DNA from: Verrucomicrobiota bacterium
GTDB lineage: Bacteria > Verrucomicrobiota > Verrucomicrobiia > Limisphaerales > Palsa-1400
Assembly (NCBI GenBank): GCA_049510745.1
Contig: JBEKYR010000002.1
Location: 32,001-96,000, forward strand
Reading direction: 5' to 3'
DNA: 64,000 nucleotides
Positions 51,609-60,247 of this stretch are shown piece by piece. Under the pieces are notes generated by a model. That model was not told where the DNA came from. It saw nothing but the letters and a program-made list of their open reading frames with translations, and ran no database searches. Each line of letters starts with the position of its first letter. Positions within the stretch are counted from its first letter, which is position 1. The position numbers and the translations under genes are program-made.

Positions 51609-53899
51609 TGCCGAATCCGGAAACCAAATGCTGGCGCAATGACGCCCACGCCAAAGTCACGGGCAAAGCGAAGTTCACGGACGATCTCAAGTTCGCCAAC
51701 GTGCTCCACGCCGCGCCGGCGTATTCGGATTTTGTTCACGCGCGCATCATCTCGATCGAGACCGGCGCCGCCGAAAAGGTTCCTGGCGTCGTCCGCGTGC
51801 TGACGGCCCGCGACGTGCCCGGCGTCAACCGGTTTGGCCAGATCATCCGCGACTTCCGCATTTTCGCCGACGACAAAATCCGTTACCACGGCGATGTCGT
51901 CGCCATCGTCGTCGCGGAGACGCGCCAGATCGCGATGCGCGCGGCGGAATTGGTGAAGGTGAATGCTGAACCGCTGCCCGCCGTGCTCGATCCCGAGGCG
52001 GCGATGCTGCCGGGCGCGCCGCTCGTTCACGAGAACCACGGCACGAACATTGTCAACACGCACGTCATCCGGCGCGGCGACGTCGAGGCGGGCTTTCGGC
52101 AGGCCGATTTCGTCCTCGAGGAAAAGTTCCAGACGCAGAGCGTCGAGCACGCCTACCTGGAGACCGAGGCGGCGGTTTGCGCGCCGCGTTCGACCGATGG
52201 CGTCATGGAAGTCTATGGCAGCATGCAGCATCCGTTCAGCACGCGCCGGTTTGTGGCGGCGTGCCTGGGCGTGGCGCTGGCGGAAGTCGAGGTCATCGGC
52301 ACGCCGATGGGGGGCGGGTTCGGCGGCAAGGACGATACGGCGGCCCTGGTGTGCGCGCGGACGGCGCTGGCGGCCCGGCTGCTCAATTGCCCGGTGAAGA
52401 TGGTTTATCGCCGCGACTGGTCCATGCGCGAAAGCTACAAGCGCCATCCTTATCGCGTGCATTACAAGATGGGCGTGACGAAGGCGGGCCGCATCACGGC
52501 GGTGCAATGCCGCATCGTCGCGGACGGCGGCGCGTATTGCTCGGTCACGCCGTGGGTCACGTGGCGCTCGACTGTGCAATGCTGCGGGCCTTACGTCGTC
52601 GAGAATGTCCGCTGCGACACGTTCGGCGTTTACACCAACAACGTCGTGGCGGGCGCGATGCGCGGTTTCGGCTCGCCGCAAATGAATTTCGTGATCGAGC
52701 AAATGGTGGAGATGGCGGCGGAGCGGGCCGGCCTTTCGGGAATTGAATTCCGCCGCCGCAACCTGGTGCGCCAGGGCAGCGTGACGATCACGGGGCAAAA
52801 GCTCGAGGGCCACAAAGTCGCCATGGAACAGGCGCTCGACACGGTGCTGCGCGAAATTGATTACGAAAAGAAACTCGCGCAATGCGCGCGCGGCAAAGGC
52901 AAGGCCGGCGAGCTTTACGGCATCGGGCTGGCGATGAGCTACCGCGGGGTCAGCCTCGGCGCGGAAGGCGTGGATTTTTGCGCGGCCATCATCAACGCGC
53001 AGGCCGACGGCTCGATCCTCGTCGAGGCCGGCGTTCACGAGAACGGGCAGGGCGCGGAGTCGGCGATGTCGTTGTTGCTGGCGGAGGAGTTGGGCGTGGA
53101 CCTCAATCGCATCCGCTACCGGCGCTCTTCGACCTCGAACATTCCCGACAGCGGCACGACCGTCGCGTCGCGCGGCACGATCATGGGCGGCGGCGCGGTC
53201 ACGCTCGCGGCGCGCGAGTTGAAAGAGAAAATTGCCGGGGCGTTTTGCGGAAAGCTGGGCTGCGCGCCGGAGGAGGTGCGGTTCAAGAACAATTTCATTT
53301 GCGGCAAAACGGATCGCGAGCGCATCGCCTTCGACGACGCGATGCGGCAGATGTGGCAGACGCAGCGGTTTCCATTTGCGTTCGGCGTGTTCAAAGCGCC
53401 GCGCGTGACCTGGGACGAGCACACCGGCCAGGGCGACGCCTATTTCACCTGGGTCTATGGCTGCCAGGCCGTCGAGCTGACGGTGAACAAAAAGTCGGGC
53501 AAGGTGAAGTTGCTCAACGCCGTGGCCGCGCACGACGTGGGGCGGGCGGTGAATCCGGAGATGGTGCGCGGGCAGATTTACGGCGGCCTGGCGATGAGCG
53601 CGGGTTACGCGCTGCACGAAGAGGTCAAATCCAAGGACGGCAAAATCACCACGCCCAACCTGAACACGTATCGCATCCCGCGCTCGACGGACCTGCCCGA
53701 GATGAAGGCGATCCTCATCGAGAATCCCGATCCGACTTCGCCCAGCGGCGCGAAGAGCATCGGCGAGCCGGCGAATGAGATTCTCGCGCCGGCCATTGCC
53801 AACGCCATTTTCAACGCGACGGGCCGGCGGCATCTTTCCCTGCCGATTCGCCTGGGGGCGCCGCCTGAACCCGCCGCCTGCGGGGAGGTGTGCCAATGA
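51608..53899 (+). CDS. Xanthine-dehydrogenase-family molybdopterin-binding subunit
   Basis: KVTGKAKF, HAYLE, GGGFGGK, MRGFG, GQIYGG and KSIGE motifs. Confidence 0.92.
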   Translation: MPNPETKCWRNDAHAKVTGKAKFTDDLKFANVLHAAPAYSDFVHARIISIETGAAEKVPGVVRVLTARDVPGVNRFGQIIRDFRIFADDKIRYHGDVVAIVVAETRQIAMRAAELVKVNAEPLPAVLDPEAAMLPGAPLVHENHGTNIVNTHVIRRGDVEAGFRQADFVLEEKFQTQSVEHAYLETEAAVCAPRSTDGVMEVYGSMQHPFSTRRFVAACLGVALAEVEVIGTPMGGGFGGKDDTAALVCARTALAARLLNCPVKMVYRRDWSMRESYKRHPYRVHYKMGVTKAGRITAVQCRIVADGGAYCSVTPWVTWRSTVQCCGPYVVENVRCDTFGVYTNNVVAGAMRGFGSPQMNFVIEQMVEMAAERAGLSGIEFRRRNLVRQGSVTITGQKLEGHKVAMEQALDTVLREIDYEKKLAQCARGKGKAGELYGIGLAMSYRGVSLGAEGVDFCAAIINAQADGSILVEAGVHENGQGAESAMSLLLAEELGVDLNRIRYRRSSTSNIPDSGTTVASRGTIMGGGAVTLAARELKEKIAGAFCGKLGCAPEEVRFKNNFICGKTDRERIAFDDAMRQMWQTQRFPFAFGVFKAPRVTWDEHTGQGDAYFTWVYGCQAVELTVNKKSGKVKLLNAVAAHDVGRAVNPEMVRGQIYGGLAMSAGYALHEEVKSKDGKITTPNLNTYRIPRSTDLPEMKAILIENPDPTSPSGAKSIGEPANEILAPAIANAIFNATGRRHLSLPIRLGAPPEPAACGEVCQ

Positions 53900-54381
53900 A
53901 ACTGTCCGTCAACGGAAAGGAAATCGAAGTTCCCGCCGCCGCGATGGAGAAGCGAATCGTCGAGTTTTTGCGCGAAGACCTCGACTTGACCGGGGCGAAG
54001 AACGCCTGCGACATCGGCGCGTGCGGCGCCTGCACGATCCTCGTCAACGACGAGCCGGCGCGCATCTGCCTCAAGCGCGTGAAGGATTTCGCCGGCCGGC
54101 GGATTCTGACCATCGAGGGCCTGGCCGCGGCCGACGGCACGCTGCATCCGCTGCAACAGGCGTTCGTGGATTGCGGCGCGATCCAATGCGGCTTCTGCAC
54201 ACCGGGCATGGTGCTGACGGCGCACGGGTTCCTGCTGAAGAACCCGCGCCCGACCCGCGAGCAAATCCGCCGCGCGATTTCCCAGAACCTCTGCCGCTGC
54301 ACCGGCTACCAGCAGATCATTGACGCCGTCGAGAAAGCCTCGGTTCACTATCGGCGCGAACACACGGGAAGCGAAGCATGA
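53896..54381 (+). CDS. Xdh-family [2Fe-2S] subunit
   Basis: CDIGACGAC, QCGFCTPG and NLCRCTGY motifs; ATGA overlap. Confidence 0.93.
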   Translation: MKLSVNGKEIEVPAAAMEKRIVEFLREDLDLTGAKNACDIGACGACTILVNDEPARICLKRVKDFAGRRILTIEGLAAADGTLHPLQQAFVDCGAIQCGFCTPGMVLTAHGFLLKNPRPTREQIRRAISQNLCRCTGYQQIIDAVEKASVHYRREHTGSEA

Positions 54382-55559
54382 AGACACTGAAGAAACAACT
54401 GGATGCACTGCGGGAGCTGCGTTTCAACAGTTACGGGAAGGATTTCCTGTTGACGTGGGAAAAGACCGGGGACGAACTGCGCGCCGTGGTCGCGCTCGCC
54501 GAGTTGTTTTCCGAAATGCACAAGGCCGGCAAGTCGTTCCGCGCGTTCAACACCGGGCTGGCGATTTCCATTTTCCGCGACAACTCCACGCGCACGCGCT
54601 TCAGCTTCGCCGCGGCGGCGAATGCGCTGGGCTTGGGCCTGGCCGATCTGGACGAGGAGAAATCGCAGATCGCGCACGGCGAAACGGTGCGCGAGACGGC
54701 GAACATGATCTCCTTCATGGCCGAGGTCATCGGCATCCGCGACGACATGTATCTGGGCGAGGGCAACCGTTACATGCGCGAGGTTGCCGCCGCGGTGCGG
54801 GAAGGATTCGAGAAGGGCGTGCTGCATCAGCGGCCCAGCGTGATCAATTTGCAGTGCGACCTGGATCATCCGACGCAGAGCATGGCGGACCTGGCGCATC
54901 TGAAAAATCATTTCGGTTCGCTGGAAAAGTTGCGCGGCAGGAAGCTCGCCATGAGCTGGGCCTATTCGCCCAGCTACGGCAAGCCGCTGTCCGTGCCGCA
55001 GGGCATCATCGGTTTGATGACGCGGTTCGGCATGAACGTGACGCTGGCGCATCCGGAGGGTTACGGGTTGATTCCCGAAGTCATCGGGATCGCGCGGAGG
55101 AACGCGGCGGAGAACGGCGGAAAATTTGAAGTGGTGTCGAGCATGGAGGAGGCGTTCCGCGGCGCGGACGTGGTTTATCCGAAGTCGTGGGCGCCGTTTT
55201 CGGTGATGGAGCGGCGCACTCCATTGTTGAAGCAAGGCGACGGCGACGGGTTGAAGGCGCTGGAGAAGGAATGTCTGGCGAACAACGCGCGCTTCAAGCA
55301 CTGGGAATGCGACGAGAAGAAAATGAAACTGACGAAAAACGGCAACGCGCTCTACCTGCACTGCCTGCCGGCGGACATTACGGGCGTGAACTGCGCGCGG
55401 GGCGAAGTGTCGGCGGCGCTGTTCGAGAAATACCGCCTGGCGACGTATCGCCAGGCGAGCTTCAAGCCGTTCGTGATTGCGGCGATAATTTTCCTGGCGC
55501 GGGTGCCATCGCCGCTGGCCATGCTCGGCGAACTGGTCAAGAAATCTGCGAAAGGCTAA
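54378..55559 (+). CDS. ygeW: Knotted carbamoyltransferase YgeW
   Basis: DNSTRTRFS, HGETVRETANMISF, DHPTQ, WAYSPSYGKPLSVPQG and HCLPADI motifs. Confidence 0.94.
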   Translation: MKTLKKQLDALRELRFNSYGKDFLLTWEKTGDELRAVVALAELFSEMHKAGKSFRAFNTGLAISIFRDNSTRTRFSFAAAANALGLGLADLDEEKSQIAHGETVRETANMISFMAEVIGIRDDMYLGEGNRYMREVAAAVREGFEKGVLHQRPSVINLQCDLDHPTQSMADLAHLKNHFGSLEKLRGRKLAMSWAYSPSYGKPLSVPQGIIGLMTRFGMNVTLAHPEGYGLIPEVIGIARRNAAENGGKFEVVSSMEEAFRGADVVYPKSWAPFSVMERRTPLLKQGDGDGLKALEKECLANNARFKHWECDEKKMKLTKNGNALYLHCLPADITGVNCARGEVSAALFEKYRLATYRQASFKPFVIAAIIFLARVPSPLAMLGELVKKSAKG

Positions 55560-55570
55560 ATACCCGCTCT

Positions 55571-55984
55571 TCACGGCCGCGCCTCTGCCGGAAGCAGACT
55601 CAGCACGAAATCGTAAATGGCTTGGGCGTGTTGCAGCGCCGCATCAAATTCCTCGCGCGAAGGCATCGGATCGTCCGTCAGCCCCGGATAGCGGAAAGCG
55701 GAAACGTAGGGAGTCAAGATGTCCGCTGCTTCCTCGAACTTCGCAAAATCCGGCTTGTCATCGATGGCGTCTTCGATCAACCAAATCAAATCGTGGGTCT
55801 TGACGACGGCGATGCCCCGCCAAGTCAGCCAACCTTTCAACGACTTCTCTGCTGCCGGCTGACAGTGGTAAATAGCGGTGTCGAGCGGGCCATCAGGCGT
55901 TGCGCCGACAATCCGCGCATTCTGAAGATCGTGCATGGCTTTTGTGAGCCAGTCGCGGGTGAGCCGGGCATGGTTGTCAGCCAT
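55571..55984 (-). CDS. HEPN-domain protein
   Basis: YHCQPAAEKSLK, KTHDL and RYP motifs; start MADNH. Confidence 0.85.
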   Translation of the reverse strand: MADNHARLTRDWLTKAMHDLQNARIVGATPDGPLDTAIYHCQPAAEKSLKGWLTWRGIAVVKTHDLIWLIEDAIDDKPDFAKFEEAADILTPYVSAFRYPGLTDDPMPSREEFDAALQHAQAIYDFVLSLLPAEARP

Positions 55985-56297
55985 AAAGCTTCCTGCCCTG
56001 TGCGAGAATCTGGTGCTGGAGCGAAGCGCGCAAATCCTTGTAGCGGTCAAATTCCTCCCGTGTTTGCACAAACACGTCTTTGCTCATCCGAAGTCCCCGG
56101 AGACACCGATGGGCGCGTTGCATCCTGCGAATGGCCCGCTCGCCGCTCTCGCGCACGATCACCATCAAGTCGATGTCGCTGTCTTCATCGGGCGTGCCCC
56201 AGGCGTGCGAGCCAAACAAAAAAATTTCCTCCGGCTGGAACTCGGCTGTCAGCCGTTCCACGACTTTGTCCAACAGACCTGCCGGGATGGTCTTCAC
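55977..56297 (-). CDS. Minimal nucleotidyltransferase (MNT)
   Basis: LFGSHAWG...DSDIDL; overlaps the HEPN start. Confidence 0.88.
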   Translation of the reverse strand: MKTIPAGLLDKVVERLTAEFQPEEIFLFGSHAWGTPDEDSDIDLMVIVRESGERAIRRMQRAHRCLRGLRMSKDVFVQTREEFDRYKDLRASLQHQILAQGRKLYG

Positions 56298-56383
56298 GGT
56301 TTGCAGAGTAGCATGGGCCGGTGTCTTTGAGAAGCCATTCTTCCATTCCCTTTTGCGGCGTTTTTTCGTAACATTCGCGGACC

Positions 56384-57841
56384 ATGTCCAAAATCATCAA
56401 ACGGCTGCATCCGGAAGTCATCCGGAAAACCGCGACGCGCTGCCGCGAGCGCGGCATCGTGCTGCCGACGTTCCAGCAATTGCGGCGTCCGGAACTCATT
56501 CCCGCCACGATCCAGTCCAAGCTCAAAAGCGCCGGGCTTTGGGACATGAACCCGGTGAATCTGTTCCGCATCACGTGGAAGAACGACGTGAAAACGGGCC
56601 TCTACGGCGGCGTGAATTATCTGGAGATTCCGCCCGCGATCACCGGCGTGAAGGCGCGGGTCATCGGGTTGGTTGGAAAATACTTTCCCACGGGCGCGCA
56701 CAAGGTGGGCGCGGCGTTTGGCTGCCTGGCGCCGCGGCTGGTGAGCGGCGAGTTTGATCCGCAGAAGCACAAGGCGGCGTGGCCTTCGACGGGCAATTAT
56801 TGTCGCGGCGGCGCGTTTGATTGCGCGGCGCTGGGTTGCACGGCTATTGCGATTCTGCCGCAAGGCATGTCGCGCGAACGTTTCGAGTGGCTGAAAAAAG
56901 CCGGCGCGGAAATCATCGCCACGCCCGGTGGCGAATCGAACGTGAAGGAGATTTACGACAAGTGCTGGGAACTGAAGCGCGACCCGGCGAACGTCATCTT
57001 CAACCAGTTCGAGGAATTCGGGAACCCGATCTTCCACTACAACGTGACCGGCCCGGCGATGGACGAGGTCTTCACGCAACTCGGCCCGGACGTGCGCGCG
57101 GCGGCTTTCGTCTCCGCGACCGGTTCAGCCGGCACCCTCGCGGCGGGCGATTATTTGAAGAAGCGACATCCCACGCTGAAGATTGTCGCGGCCGAAGCGT
57201 TGCAGTGCCCGACGCTGCTCAGCAACGGCTTCGGCGAGCACCGCATCGAAGGCATCGGTGACAAGCACGTCCCGTGGATTCACAACGTGCGCAACACCGA
57301 CGCCGTGGCCGCGATAGACGACGAGGACTGCATGAGACTCCTGCGGCTGTTCAACGAACCCGCCGGACGCAAGCACCTGGCGTCGCTGGGCGTGAAGGCC
57401 AGGGAGGCGGAGTCCCTGCCGCTGCTGGGCATCTCCAGCCTCTGCAACCTGCTGGCCGCCATCAAGACCGCGAAGTACTTCGAGCTGGCCGGGCGCGACG
57501 TGATTTTCACCGTTTTCACCGACTCGGCCGAACTCTACCGCTCGCGCGTGGAAGAATTGAAAAAAGAGCGCGGGGCCTATCGCGTCGCAGACGCCATCGC
57601 CGACTTTGCCGGCCCGCTGGCCCATCAAAGTGCAGATGCCTTCAAGGAGTTGACCGGCCTCGAGCGCAAAGCCATTCACAACCTGAAGTATTTCACCTGG
57701 GTTGAACAACAGGGCAAAACCGGCGACGAGTTGAACGCGCAGTGGGATCCTGATTACTGGCGGGAGTTGTTTGAGGAGGAGGTGGCGTATTTCGACCGGC
57801 TCATCGGAGAATTCAACATTCTGGCGGGATTGCCCCGCTGA
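56384..57841 (+). CDS. PLP-dependent fold-type-II enzyme (cysteine synthase/OrtB/DpaL-like superfamily)
   Basis: TGAHKVGA, PSTGNY, GSAGT and HRIEGIGDKHVPWIHN motifs. Confidence 0.85.
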   Translation: MSKIIKRLHPEVIRKTATRCRERGIVLPTFQQLRRPELIPATIQSKLKSAGLWDMNPVNLFRITWKNDVKTGLYGGVNYLEIPPAITGVKARVIGLVGKYFPTGAHKVGAAFGCLAPRLVSGEFDPQKHKAAWPSTGNYCRGGAFDCAALGCTAIAILPQGMSRERFEWLKKAGAEIIATPGGESNVKEIYDKCWELKRDPANVIFNQFEEFGNPIFHYNVTGPAMDEVFTQLGPDVRAAAFVSATGSAGTLAAGDYLKKRHPTLKIVAAEALQCPTLLSNGFGEHRIEGIGDKHVPWIHNVRNTDAVAAIDDEDCMRLLRLFNEPAGRKHLASLGVKAREAESLPLLGISSLCNLLAAIKTAKYFELAGRDVIFTVFTDSAELYRSRVEELKKERGAYRVADAIADFAGPLAHQSADAFKELTGLERKAIHNLKYFTWVEQQGKTGDELNAQWDPDYWRELFEEEVAYFDRLIGEFNILAGLPR

Positions 57842-57907
57842 AGCATCCAATCCCTTGCGCCGAATCATTCCCCTGGCGCGCCTCTTGGTTGGTCCTGGCC
57901 ACCGCGG

Positions 57908-57923
57908 TGGGGTGAACACCCCA
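57908..57923. promoter_or_regulatory. 7-2-7 palindrome TGGGGTGAACACCCCA, copy 1
   Basis: Identical to the copies at 59657 and 62660; about 38 nt before ATGAAA. Confidence 0.75.
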
Positions 57924-57960
57924 TAGCGCCGTCAAGGTTTCCGGGGTTATTCTATGGCGC

Positions 57961-58239
57961 ATGAAAAATAGCATGAATAAAACGAATGGTCCGGTGGACC
58001 GAATCAAGATTGGGCTGGGGACTGCGCTGTTGGTGGCCTTGACCGGATGTGTGGGTTACGTGGAGGGAGGTTACGGCGGCGCGGTAGTGGTGCCGGGGCC
58101 TGATGTGTATGTTTTCGGCGGCGACTTTGGAAGAGGGCGCGATGTGCGCGATTATAGTCATCGCGGAGTTGTCAGTCGCGCGGTGGCGCACCCTGCCGGC
58201 GGCGGGGGAGCGAGAGGCGGCGGAGGCGGAAAGCGGTGA
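57961..58239 (+). CDS. Small Gly-rich lipoprotein
   Basis: Lipobox LVALTGC. Confidence 0.65.
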   Translation: MKNSMNKTNGPVDRIKIGLGTALLVALTGCVGYVEGGYGGAVVVPGPDVYVFGGDFGRGRDVRDYSHRGVVSRAVAHPAGGGGARGGGGGKR

Positions 58240-58279
58240 AGCCAACAACTCCCTGGATAAAAACAGACCTGATGAATCT

Positions 58280-59284
58280 ATGAAACAGTCAACTATATTT
58301 ACATGTTTTTCGAAACTTTCCGCCATCGTGCTTTTGGCGGGTGCTTGGGGTTTTTTGGCGGCGGCTCTTCCTGCGGCAGAACCGAACGAGGCGCCACAGA
58401 AACCGGTGGTCGCGCAACGGTTGTTTGCGTCGCCGGATGACGCCGTAAAAGCCTTGCAGGCGGCCGCCGAAGCCAAAGATAAAACGGCCTTGAGCGAAAT
58501 TTTCGGCCCGGAGTTCGACGAACTTATAACCGGCGACCAGGTGCAGGACGCGAACAATGCGCAGAGGTTCGCCACGGCCATGGCGCAGGGCTGCCATCCT
58601 GTGAATGAGGGGGAGGACAAGATCACTCTTGAGGTTGGCACGAATAGCTGGCCGATGCCGATTCCACTGGTGAAAGCGGACGGGCAATGGCATTTCGACA
58701 CGGCGGCGGGCAAGGAGGAGATCATCAACCGGCACATCGGGAAGGACGAACTCCACGCCATCGGCGTTTGCCGGGCTTACGTGACCGCGCAGCGGCAGTA
58801 CGCCAGCGCGAACCCGGACGCGGGCGCAGGCGCGAAGTACGCGCAGAAATTCAAGAGCACGCCCGGCAAGAAAGATGGCCTCTACTGGCCGGCGGCGGAG
58901 AACGAACCGGCCAGCCCCTTCGGGCCTTTGGTGGCGGAAGCTCATGCCGAGGGTTATGGCAATAATAAGGGCACGGGTCCGCACCCGTTTCACGGTTATT
59001 ATTTCAGAATACTGACCCGGCAAGGCAGTGCTGCGCCCGGCGGGAAAATGAATTACATGAGCCACGGCAACCTGACGGAAGGATTCGCGCTGGTGGCTTA
59101 TCCGGAGCATTGGGACCAGTCGGGCATCATGACCTTTATCGTCAATCAGGACGGCAAAGTTTTTCAGCGCAATTTGGGCGAAAAGACTTCCCGGAGGGCG
59201 GGGGCGATGAAGGAATACAATCCGGACAGCGAATGGACGCCGGTGCAGGATGAGGGAGTCGTGAGCGCGGTGTCCGAGAAATGA
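58280..59284 (+). CDS. DUF2950 exported protein
   Basis: FASPDDAV, WPMPIPLVK, KKDGLYW, PFHGYYFRIL, FALVAYP and SGIMTF motifs. Confidence 0.9.
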   Translation: MKQSTIFTCFSKLSAIVLLAGAWGFLAAALPAAEPNEAPQKPVVAQRLFASPDDAVKALQAAAEAKDKTALSEIFGPEFDELITGDQVQDANNAQRFATAMAQGCHPVNEGEDKITLEVGTNSWPMPIPLVKADGQWHFDTAAGKEEIINRHIGKDELHAIGVCRAYVTAQRQYASANPDAGAGAKYAQKFKSTPGKKDGLYWPAAENEPASPFGPLVAEAHAEGYGNNKGTGPHPFHGYYFRILTRQGSAAPGGKMNYMSHGNLTEGFALVAYPEHWDQSGIMTFIVNQDGKVFQRNLGEKTSRRAGAMKEYNPDSEWTPVQDEGVVSAVSEK

Positions 59285-59313
59285 CGCCGGCTATCAGCCA
59301 GAGCGAAGGCCTT

Positions 59314-59628
59314 ATGAAAACGAAAAGTGTGCGTGCGTTACTGTCTCTGACGATTATGAGTCTGATCGTCGTTTTGAATACTCCGGGACAAACTCTCAAA
59401 CCGGGACCGCCTCCTGTGCAACCGACACAACCGGCGCCGGCAACCCCCGCACCCATTCAGCCACCGCAACCCATTCAGCCGCCGCAACCCATCCAGCCGC
59501 CGGAACCTATCCAGCCGCCCCAACCCATTCAGCCACCGCAATCCGCCCCTAATCAGGCGCCAGTGTTCACGAACAGTCCGCCAGTGTACACGAACCAACT
59601 GCCCGTGTTCACTAATCATCCAGAGTAA
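59314..59628 (+). CDS. Small exported Pro/Gln-rich repeat protein
   Basis: Signal-like N-terminus, (PIQPPQ)x5 and PVFTN repeats. Confidence 0.6.
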   Translation: MKTKSVRALLSLTIMSLIVVLNTPGQTLKPGPPPVQPTQPAPATPAPIQPPQPIQPPQPIQPPEPIQPPQPIQPPQSAPNQAPVFTNSPPVYTNQLPVFTNHPE

Positions 59629-59655
59629 TTCGATACCGGAATACTGACATCGCGC

Positions 59656-59673
59656 ATGGGGTGAACACCCCAT
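59656..59673. promoter_or_regulatory. 7-2-7 palindrome, copy 2
   Basis: ATGGGGTGAACACCCCAT, about 40 nt before the response-regulator ATG. Confidence 0.75.
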
Positions 59674-59711
59674 AGCGCCGGCTAGGTTTTTCAGCTTATT
59701 GTTATCGTGCC

Positions 59712-60215
59712 ATGAAAGATGACGAAATCCAGCCAACGGGAGAGCCAGGCGGCGGGCCGCGGCAATGCCACCCCAGTCCGACCCATCGCATTCTCGTGGC
59801 GGATGACGAAGCCGCCATCCGCCGGCTGATCACCACCGTGCTGCTCGGCTCCGGCTACCACGTTGATGCCGCCGAAGATGGCGCCGCCGCTTGGGAGGCG
59901 CTTCAGGCCCAACCCTACGACCTGCTGATCACCGACCACTCCATGCCGAAGATCACGGGCGTTGAACTGGTCAAGAACCTGCGTTCGGCCCGCATGGCCC
60001 TGCCGGTCGTCATGGTTGCAGGGAGATTACCCGAGTACGAACTGGCCCAAAACCCATCGCTTCAACTTGCGGCCACGCTCTTGAAGCCCTTTGCCGTGGC
60101 TGCGTTGCTGAACACGGTGGAAAACGTCCTGCGCGCGACCGACAGTCCCCGCGAGCAGATCGATCCGCTGCCAGACTGGAGAAGCCAACCAGTAGCCGAT
60201 GGCTTCCGGCTCTAA
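59712..60215 (+). CDS. Single-domain response regulator
   Basis: ILVADDE, LLITDHSMP and LLKPF motifs. Confidence 0.88.
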   Translation: MKDDEIQPTGEPGGGPRQCHPSPTHRILVADDEAAIRRLITTVLLGSGYHVDAAEDGAAAWEALQAQPYDLLITDHSMPKITGVELVKNLRSARMALPVVMVAGRLPEYELAQNPSLQLAATLLKPFAVAALLNTVENVLRATDSPREQIDPLPDWRSQPVADGFRL

Positions 60216-60247
60216 TGACCACCCCAGAGCGGACCCGCCTTTGAAAT

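Noticed and set aside
45307..55559. Selenocysteine recoding in the ssnA/ygeY/xdh cluster
   Set aside because: All ORFs look full-length, with no in-frame TGA needing readthrough.
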